32,420 bases of DNA from a virus (taxonomy: Duplodnaviria; Caudoviricetes), in the IMG/VR virus record IMGVR_UViG_3300034682_000194, positions 1 to 32,420 of that record; one strand, 5' to 3'. Each line of letters opens with the position of its first letter. Within the stretch, counting starts at the first letter, position 1. The notes under the pieces are model-generated. The model saw only the letters and a list, made by a program, of their open reading frames with translations, did not search any database and was not told where the DNA came from. The position numbers and the translations under genes are program-made. Below are positions 1 to 6,539 of this stretch, one piece after another.

Positions 1-1755
1 GTGCTCGCGGATTTTAAAGCCTATCTTCTCATTTCTCAAGTCAGAAATAGCTCTAATACCATGAGATTTGAAAGTTTTTACTAAATCCTGCACATATTCG
101 GCCTGATTATCGGTAATATTCATCACTACAACCTGAGTTGGGGCTAACCAGGCTGGGAAGAAGCCTGCATACTCTTCGATCAAAATACCGATAAAACGTT
201 CCAGCGAACCTAAAATCGCGCGGTGGATCATTACAGGAACTTGTCTGTCATTGCCTTCGGCAACAAAACTTGCACCTAAACGACCCGGCAGCGCAAAATC
301 GAGCTGCACTGTACCACATTGCCAGGCGCGCCCTAAGCAATCATGTAAAGTAAACTCAATTTTAGGGCCATAAAACGCTCCTTCGCCAGGCTGCAAGTCA
401 TAAGCTATGCCATTGGCATCCAAAGCTTCGGCTAAGCCCTGCTCGGCACGGTGCCACATTTCGTCCGTACCAATGCGTTTTTCCGGACGAGTAGATAATT
501 TCACCTGTACATCTTTAAAACCAAAAGTGCTGTAGACGTCAAACACCATTTTAATGCAGTTCGATACTTCAGCCTGAACCTGATCTTCAGTACAGAAGAT
601 ATGGGCGTCGTCCTGAGTAAAACCACGCACCCGCATCAGGCCGTGTAAACCACCTGATGGCTCGTTCCGGTGACAGCAGCCAAACTCAGCCATACGCAGT
701 GGTAAATCGCGGTACGACTTCAGGCCCTGATTAAAGATTTGCACATGGCCAGGACAGTTCATCGGCTTGATGGCGTAGTCACGGTTTTCAGAACTGGTAA
801 CAAACATATTGTCAGAGTACTTTTCCCAGTGACCTGAACGTTCCCACAGTACTTTGTCCATCATAAATGGACCTTTGACTTCCTGGTAATCGTATTGCGC
901 CAGTTTTTCACGGACAAAAGTTTCCAGCTCGCGGAAGATAGTCCAGCCGTCATTGTGCCAGAACACCATACCCGGCGCTTCTTCCTGCCAGTGGAATAAA
1001 CCTAAAGCTTTACCAATTTTACGGTGGTCACGCTTTTCCGCTTCTTCCAGTTGCAGTAAATAAGCGGCTAGTTGCTTTTTATCCGCCCATGCCGTGCCGT
1101 AAATACGCTGCAGCATTTTATTTTTTGCATCGCCGCGCCAGTAGGCACCCGCCACTTTCATTATTTTAAAGTGCTGACAGAAGCGCATGTTAGGCACGTG
1201 TGGGCCACGGCACATGTCGATGTATTCTTCGTGATGGTATAAACCCGGCTGATCGTCTTTAGCAACGTTCTGATCGAGAATTTCCATTTTGTAGCTTTCG
1301 CCACGCGCAGCAAAGGTGTCGTAAGCCTGTTGCCAGCTTACTTTTTTCTTCACTACGTCATATTCGGTTTTGGCCAGTTGCAGCATGCGCTCTTCAAGTT
1401 GCGCTAAATCATCGCTGCTGATTGGACGGTCTAAATCAACGTCGTAATAAAAGCCGTTGTCGATGACAGGACCAATCGCCATTTTGGTGTTTGGCCATAA
1501 CTGCTTAATGGCATGACCTAATAAGTGAGCACAGGAGTGGCGGATAATTTCCAGGCCTTCCTGATCTTTGGCAGTGACGATACTTAATGAAGCGTCTTCA
1601 GTGATCAGCTCGCAGGCATCCACCAATTGACCATTGATTTTGCCGGCTATGGTGGCTTTCGCCAGACCTGGGCCTATGTCTTTGGCAACGTCTAATACAG
1701 ATAAAGGGGCGTCAAATGAACGCTGACTACCGTCAGGTAAAGTGATAACTGGCAT
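1..1755 (-). CDS. thrS: Threonyl-tRNA synthetase (3' end truncated by window edge)
   Basis: Manual translation from ATG at 1755: [17 protein letters not shown]...IRHSCAHL...DMCRGPHV...RDHRKIG...KPMNCPGH...HRNEPSG...[14 protein letters not shown]...GFKIREH. Not in the ORF track because it lacks a stop in the window. Confidence 0.98.
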   Translation of the reverse strand, partial: MPVITLPDGSQRSFDAPLSVLDVAKDIGPGLAKATIAGKINGQLVDACELITEDASLSIVTAKDQEGLEIIRHSCAHLLGHAIKQLWPNTKMAIGPVIDNGFYYDVDLDRPISSDDLAQLEERMLQLAKTEYDVVKKKVSWQQAYDTFAARGESYKMEILDQNVAKDDQPGLYHHEEYIDMCRGPHVPNMRFCQHFKIMKVAGAYWRGDAKNKMLQRIYGTAWADKKQLAAYLLQLEEAEKRDHRKIGKALGLFHWQEEAPGMVFWHNDGWTIFRELETFVREKLAQYDYQEVKGPFMMDKVLWERSGHWEKYSDNMFVTSSENRDYAIKPMNCPGHVQIFNQGLKSYRDLPLRMAEFGCCHRNEPSGGLHGLMRVRGFTQDDAHIFCTEDQVQAEVSNCIKMVFDVYSTFGFKDVQVKLSTRPEKRIGTDEMWHRAEQGLAEALDANGIAYDLQPGEGAFYGPKIEFTLHDCLGRAWQCGTVQLDFALPGRLGASFVAEGNDRQVPVMIHRAILGSLERFIGILIEEYAGFFPAWLAPTQVVVMNITDNQAEYVQDLVKTFKSHGIRAISDLRNEKIGFKIREH

Positions 1756-1772
1756 GCTAAGTCCTCACAGTG

Positions 1773-1793
1773 GTGGCCCGTACCAAGGGCCAC
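1773..1793 (-). promoter_or_regulatory. thrS translational operator hairpin, tRNA-Thr(GGU) anticodon-loop mimic
   Basis: On the mRNA strand: GUGGCCC-UUGGUAC-GGGCCAC, a perfect 7-bp stem with a 7-nt loop and GGU at the anticodon position, just upstream of the GAGGA RBS. Matches known ThrRS autoregulation. Confidence 0.85.
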
Positions 1794-1841
1794 GATGTTA
1801 AAAGATGATTTGCAGGTTTTGTGCGCCTTGCGTGCCAGTAG

Positions 1842-1862
1842 ATGACCCCTACTAAGAGCCAT
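1842..1862 (-). promoter_or_regulatory. Second thrS operator hairpin, anticodon mimic (AGU)
   Basis: mRNA AUGGCUC-UUAGUAG-GGGUCAU, a 7-bp stem with two G-U pairs and a 7-nt loop with Thr anticodon AGU. Analogous to E. coli operator domain 4. Confidence 0.7.
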
Positions 1863-1884
1863 TTGGTACACAGCTTGGTACACA
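1863..1884. repeat. Direct repeat TTGGTACACA x2, candidate integrase arm-type sites
   Basis: ttggtacaca-gc-ttggtacaca immediately beyond the thrS leader, where AT-rich foreign-looking DNA begins. Confidence 0.4.
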
Positions 1885-2050
1885 AAATTTTATCCCGCAG
1901 CCGGAGGATATCATTTTTAGTGCCCCTCTAAAAGTGAAAGATATCTGAACTGGGCAACATGTTTATTTCAAAAATTGGAGGATCGTAGAGTCAAGGCAGG
2001 AAAATATGCACTTCAAAGGAAATGATTAACATTTAAAAAATTATTAAATA

Positions 2051-2776
2051 TTACTCAGTAGTAGCATGGCTTACTGAACTGCTCCAATCACCAGATGCAT
2101 AACTTAAAAGAAGCGTAATTTGGCGAGTCTCGTTATGACCGTCAGCAAAGGTAAAATCTATTAGTATTTTCTCCAAATTTTCATAATGCCGGAGATTTAT
2201 CTTAAACGAACTTTGCGATTTTACTGACTTTGGTAAGGTGCATTCGCATGAAAGGTGTGGGCATAGCTTATTGGGTGTAACATTCAATAAATTTACAGTG
2301 TGGCCGTCGTTGAACACGTTTAAAACTAAAAATTGATACTGCAGCCTTGGATTGGTTCCATGCACATGTGTATTGCCACCTTGAACGTGAAAAGACGGTT
2401 GCACCCTCTGAATATCATTAAATTTTTGTAGTTGTAACTGCTGATCTAACAGAGAAAGCTCTTTATTAGTGGCTTCAACCATTTTAGTTTGTAAAGCAAC
2501 CGTATTTGCTAGTTCAGTAGCTTGTCGGTTCAAAGCGTCAGTATTTTGCTTCAGCTCAGCTCCCTGTTGCATATATCCAGCGACTAACCATAAAAAGGCC
2601 AGAGGTGCAAAAAAACCAGCGAGAGTATCTCCCCAGCCATTTGGCGGCAATGCCATAAACGCAGTCAAGTTAAAGTACAAATAAGCTGCTCCGCTTGTTA
2701 ACCAAGCGATTGTAATGCACCAAACTACTACCTTGCTTGTCTTTGGTTCGTGGCTAGACGCAGCTTCTCTTTCCAT
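2051..2776 (-). CDS. Hypothetical membrane protein (2 TM + coiled coil + C-terminal beta domain)
   Basis: 241 aa; hydrophobic segments VVVWCITIAWLTSGAAYLYF and TLAGFFAPLAFLWLVAGY followed by a Q/E/L-rich coil; GAGG RBS; AT-rich. Confidence 0.8.
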   Translation of the reverse strand: MEREAASSHEPKTSKVVVWCITIAWLTSGAAYLYFNLTAFMALPPNGWGDTLAGFFAPLAFLWLVAGYMQQGAELKQNTDALNRQATELANTVALQTKMVEATNKELSLLDQQLQLQKFNDIQRVQPSFHVQGGNTHVHGTNPRLQYQFLVLNVFNDGHTVNLLNVTPNKLCPHLSCECTLPKSVKSQSSFKINLRHYENLEKILIDFTFADGHNETRQITLLLSYASGDWSSSVSHATTE

Positions 2777-2823
2777 TTAAAGCACCTCATCACAAAAAGT
2801 CTTCCATAACTCTTACTATAATT

Positions 2824-2852
2824 TTTATATAGGAGATTGTGTTTGTTTACAA
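2824..2852 (-). promoter_or_regulatory. Candidate sigma70 promoter for the 2051-2776 gene
   Basis: TTGTAA-N17-TATAAA on the minus strand, about 48 bp upstream of the ATG. Confidence 0.4.
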
Positions 2853-3114
2853 TGCTTACCTCAAGTTGGTTAAATTGAATTGCTAGTGTTGGAACGCGCT
2901 ATATCCACCTCCATTACCCCCCATCATGCAGTTGCGACATGATCAGGTTTGATCGATTTCACTGCGGCGCTGAACTAACGAAAGATTCGAACCCTCTCTT
3001 ATGATGCTACCAGTCCGTCACAGTCCTTTGCTAACTGGGCTCTGCAGCTGTGGCGATGGACAGAAAAGGACTAGAACAGACTCAGTTCCGCCCCAATTTT
3101 GTCCCAACACGTGA

Positions 3115-3381
3115 TTACTGATCCTGCTCGTTACAGTACTCATACTGGTTCTGTACCGGGCTCCATTCGTATGTCATACCTGCAGCTTCGATCTTTTTTA
3201 ATTTATCTCGGTCATAGTATGCAAACGGTAGAGACTTTGTTCGGTCGTGGTTTGTTGCATCCCAGGCTAAAAACGACATTCGGCCGTGGGGTCGACTACG
3301 CTGAAACGTAACCTTTTGAATAAGTTGGCCATCCTTGAATAAAGCCAGAGTCCTGATCTGAACTGATATAAACCAAGCCAT
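3115..3381 (-). CDS. Small hypothetical protein, probably LexA-regulated
   Basis: 88 aa from ATG 3381 (MAWFISVQIRTLALFKDG...); LexA box 11 bp upstream; divergent from SRAP. Confidence 0.6.
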   Translation of the reverse strand: MAWFISVQIRTLALFKDGQLIQKVTFQRSRPHGRMSFLAWDATNHDRTKSLPFAYYDRDKLKKIEAAGMTYEWSPVQNQYEYCNEQDQ

Positions 3382-3392
3382 AAAAACCAACA

Positions 3393-3408
3393 CTGTATTT
3401 ATTTACAG
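3393..3408. promoter_or_regulatory. LexA (SOS) box
   Basis: CTGTATTTATTTACAG fits the CTGT-N8-ACAG gammaproteobacterial consensus with an AT-rich core, between divergent genes, one of which is SRAP. Confidence 0.88.
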
Positions 3409-3456
3409 TCATTATTAAGGCAAGATGGATATTTGACAAGCTGGGTAGGTGTGAAA

Positions 3457-4140
3457 ATGTGCGGAAGACTGAACGTTATTGATTGCCCTGAAGTAATAGA
3501 TCTCTGTGGCCAGCTTGGTATTAACTTGCAGGACCAGGCTATGCCACTTCGCACCAGCCGGTTTATCCGGGCAACGAACAAGATCAGTATTGTGGTTGAG
3601 CAGAACGGCCAGCGCCGCTTGCAAGACGCGATCTGGTGGTTGCTACTGGAACAAGCCGAACACGGATTCAAACCCAGCCAGTACACCAGTTTTAATACCA
3701 GGTATGACAAACTCAACGTGAAAGGCAGCGCCGGCTATTCTGCGTTCCGAACTCAGCGCTGCATTATCCCAGCTGCAGGCTTTGGCGAAACCGAAGTTGT
3801 GAACGGTAAAAACCAATACACCGACTTTGTTGGCCAAAGTGGCCTGGCTCTGGGTGGCCTATACCGCACCTGGTTAAATAAAGAGACTGGCGAACTAACT
3901 TACTCCTGCTCTGTGATCACGCTACCGCCCCACCCCAAAATTTTGCCCTACCACAGCAAAGCAAGCCCACTGATGCTGCCAGCAGACAGGTTTGATAACT
4001 GGCTATCTGCGGATCAGGATGTGGGACAGTTTGAATATATTTTTCAGCCGAGGATCACAGTGGATTTGATTGCTGTTGGTGTCGATAAACCGAGTAGCTT
4101 TAATAACATTACTGACTCTAATGTCATTTCAATTGACTGA
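3457..4140 (+). CDS. SOS response-associated peptidase (SRAP, YedK/HMCES family; abasic-site protection)
   Basis: Diagnostic N-terminus MCGR (catalytic Cys2) at ATG 3457; FNTR..., RCIIPAAGFGE, LGGLY, CSVIT, H-x-x-x-x-P motifs. Confidence 0.93.
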   Translation: MCGRLNVIDCPEVIDLCGQLGINLQDQAMPLRTSRFIRATNKISIVVEQNGQRRLQDAIWWLLLEQAEHGFKPSQYTSFNTRYDKLNVKGSAGYSAFRTQRCIIPAAGFGETEVVNGKNQYTDFVGQSGLALGGLYRTWLNKETGELTYSCSVITLPPHPKILPYHSKASPLMLPADRFDNWLSADQDVGQFEYIFQPRITVDLIAVGVDKPSSFNNITDSNVISID

Positions 4141-4248
4141 ATGTATCCTCACTACTATGACAAATTTAATCTGTCAGCTATGTTTAGTTGCAATTTGCTA
4201 TATGAGTAGATGGAACATCAAACTACTAATTAACGAAAGGAATCGAAG

Positions 4249-5061
4249 ATGGCTGAAGTTAGACCGGCAATACCAGAAGCGATAAAGCGGGAAGTTAGAC
4301 AACAGTGCTGTTTTGGGTGCGCAATCTGTGGTATGCCATTCTTCCAATACGACCACATTGTTGAATATTCGGAGGTTAACGAGCACACCACGGAGAATTT
4401 GGTCCTTCTATGTCCTAATCATCATGCAGCAAAAACAACAAACAAGTTATCCAGAGCTCGTATTCAAGAAGCTAAAAAGAACCCTTTCAACAGAACTAGA
4501 GCTAAGACTTCTGGTTTCAGAGTAGAGCCTTCAAAAGAACTTATAACCATGTTAGGAAGTAATACCGTTACTGGATGGTATCCTAGTACGATCAGTGACC
4601 ATCATCCAGTATGGATAAACGGGCAGAGCTTTTTCATAATCCACAGCAATGAAGGATGGCTATCTGTTTCTCTCGTCGTGACTGACCAATACGGAGAATT
4701 CATTTTGGTTGTTGAGCGCGGCGAATTGGTCGTTTCAACAACCGCGTGGGACTATGTTTATGAGGGGGACAATATCAAAATCAGACGAAATATCGGTGAC
4801 GTAATTTTGGATTTAAACTTATCGAATTCGAGAGTACAAGTCCGAAAAGGTATGTTTATGGATGGAAGCGAGGATGGTTTCGAGATAAAAGATGGCGCAT
4901 TATTGGGTATTATTGATGGTAAATTATTTTCTACAATCAAAATGAGCAGTGCTGATAGTAATGGTTTTGGTGGCTTTGGATTACTTAATTCTAAATTATA
5001 CCCAGACGTCAAAGCTCCTGGCGGATTTGGGTTCTTCGTTGGTTCTGAGCCCAGATTTTAG
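4249..5061 (+). CDS. HNH endonuclease with uncharacterised beta-rich C-terminal domain
   Basis: RPAIPEAIKREV...CAICG...YDHIVEY...NLVLLCPNHH (Zn-binding HNH/His-Me finger); AT-rich. Confidence 0.88.
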   Translation: MAEVRPAIPEAIKREVRQQCCFGCAICGMPFFQYDHIVEYSEVNEHTTENLVLLCPNHHAAKTTNKLSRARIQEAKKNPFNRTRAKTSGFRVEPSKELITMLGSNTVTGWYPSTISDHHPVWINGQSFFIIHSNEGWLSVSLVVTDQYGEFILVVERGELVVSTTAWDYVYEGDNIKIRRNIGDVILDLNLSNSRVQVRKGMFMDGSEDGFEIKDGALLGIIDGKLFSTIKMSSADSNGFGGFGLLNSKLYPDVKAPGGFGFFVGSEPRF

Positions 5062-5083
5062 TTGTCATATACGAGGCTATTAA

Positions 5084-5348
5084 CTGTGTCGAACCTGTTA
5101 AAAAAAGAGACCTGTGAGCGGACTTGTTCATGCTCTGTGCTAACACCACCGTCCCACCTCAAGCTGATGCCTTACCACAGCAAAGCTAGTCTACTGATGC
5201 TAACGTACGATATGTTTGATCTATGCCTTCCTCAGGCTCAAGATGTCTTCTGACGTCTAGGATTCCAATTAATTTACGGGCCATATGGATCGACAAACCC
5301 AGTACCATTAATACAATTTCTGAATTAGAAATTATTTACAGTGATTCA
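5084..5348 (+). pseudogene. Decayed 3' fragment of a second SRAP allele
   Basis: Translates KET..TCSCSVLTPPSHLKLMPYHSKASLLML..FD..L...QDV and, after a stop and short deletion, IDKPSTINTISE. Collinear with SRAP KETGELTYSCSVITLPPHPKILPYHSKASPLML...QDV...VDKPSSFNNITD (3859-4140). Confidence 0.9.
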
Positions 5349-5391
5349 TACTCACACGGAAATATAAACTTTGAGAAGTGAGGCTTAGAAA

Positions 5392-6237
5392 TTGAAAATA
5401 AAAGAAATCAAATGCCCAGAGTGCGAATGTACCGGCTGGCCTGGCAGCACATTTCAATCCTCACGGCGCAGTGATTCTGATTTAATTTTTTTAAGGTGCA
5501 AGTGCGGAGCGGGTTTTTCAGTGCCATACGCTGAAGAGTTAGACGCTCTATCCCCGAACTTATTTTGTAGGTTAAGTGTATTATCAAACCACTACGAGAG
5601 GGGTGAAATACATATTAAGCCAGGGAACACCTTAACTGTAAAATTTGATAAAAATTTTGACTTCACGTTCGCTGCATTCTTTACTCCTTTTGGGCCAATT
5701 CATATAAAGGAATTGTCACTACAAAATGACCACATGGTGGTTATTTCTTCTATACTTGAGAGTGATTTTTATTCTCCATACAAAACGGCAACCGACTTGG
5801 TAGTAGTTGGCTGGAATGTTTATGGGCTAAGAGGCATTGATAAATTTCCGCCTTCGCACTTTCTCTTCATCAGCGCTCTGAAAAACATGATAGACGGTTC
5901 ATATAAATCAGCATTACTTGATTACGCTGCTTCTTTTGAAATATTTATTGAAGAAACTCTACACCGGCAATTAACCATGTTACATGGGGAGAAAATGGCA
6001 GAATTCTTATTAAGCAAACATAAAGGCATTGAAACGAGAATTGAGCAAATTTTGCCCCTCGCCTTAACGGGGAATATTAAATTAGATGCGGAAATATATA
6101 AAGACTGGAAAAACCACATTCAGACTCCTCGGAATAAACTTGCACATGGAAAGTTATTTAATGTCGATAGAGACCAAGCTGACAACGCTCACCAAACTGT
6201 TTATCAAGCCATGAAGTGGATTGACAAACACAATTAA
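5392..6237 (+). CDS. Zn-ribbon + beta-sandwich + HEPN-domain protein (putative RNase toxin/defence)
   Basis: N-terminal CPECEC...CKC; C-terminal helical region ALLDYAASFEIFIE...RNKLAHG (R-x4-H HEPN motif); TTG start with GAGG RBS. Confidence 0.75.
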   Translation: MKIKEIKCPECECTGWPGSTFQSSRRSDSDLIFLRCKCGAGFSVPYAEELDALSPNLFCRLSVLSNHYERGEIHIKPGNTLTVKFDKNFDFTFAAFFTPFGPIHIKELSLQNDHMVVISSILESDFYSPYKTATDLVVVGWNVYGLRGIDKFPPSHFLFISALKNMIDGSYKSALLDYAASFEIFIEETLHRQLTMLHGEKMAEFLLSKHKGIETRIEQILPLALTGNIKLDAEIYKDWKNHIQTPRNKLAHGKLFNVDRDQADNAHQTVYQAMKWIDKHN

Positions 6238-6282
6238 AGAATCTGGTTAAAACAGAACATAAGATACTTATTACTCAATACA

Positions 6283-6531
6283 TTAGCAATCAACTGCACT
6301 GGAATAAAATGGAAGAGTTTTTAAATATTCGTACCCCTGTTTAACGGGATTTCCTGCTTCTAAATCCAATGTACAGTCGTAATTTTTCACGTCCAAAGCT
6401 TCGTGTTCTATTGAAGAATGGACCGAAACAGTAAATGCCAAAACGTCCTTATCGCCCCTGTAGCTGGCGATTTTGATGTAGGCATTAGGGATATGGATCC
6501 CTTTAAAATCCACTGCCATGCTTAAAGCCAT
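6283..6531 (-). CDS. Small tail-fibre/tailspike-associated protein
   Basis: 82 aa directly downstream of the tailspike; NPVKQGYEYLKTLP..AVDC ending typical of phage small tail accessory proteins. Confidence 0.65.
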   Translation of the reverse strand: MALSMAVDFKGIHIPNAYIKIASYRGDKDVLAFTVSVHSSIEHEALDVKNYDCTLDLEAGNPVKQGYEYLKTLPFYSSAVDC

Positions 6532-6539
6532 GTCTCACC

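Noticed and set aside
1692-1883. 63-aa ORF upstream of thrS as a leader peptide
   Set aside because: Out of frame over the thrS start and operator, with no Thr-codon run; thrS control is explained by the anticodon mimics.
2980-3045. gattcgaaccctc (T-loop-like GGTTCGAATC on the minus strand), possible tRNA or att remnant
   Set aside because: No acceptor stem, CCA end or D/anticodon arms can be built; only a short match.
3433-3456. Track start (TTG 3433) for SRAP
   Set aside because: SRAP needs Cys at position 2, so the true start is ATG 3457 (MCGR).
5062-5253. 63-aa ORF as a real gene
   Set aside because: It is the open part of the SRAP pseudogene fragment; it lacks the catalytic N-terminus and an RBS.
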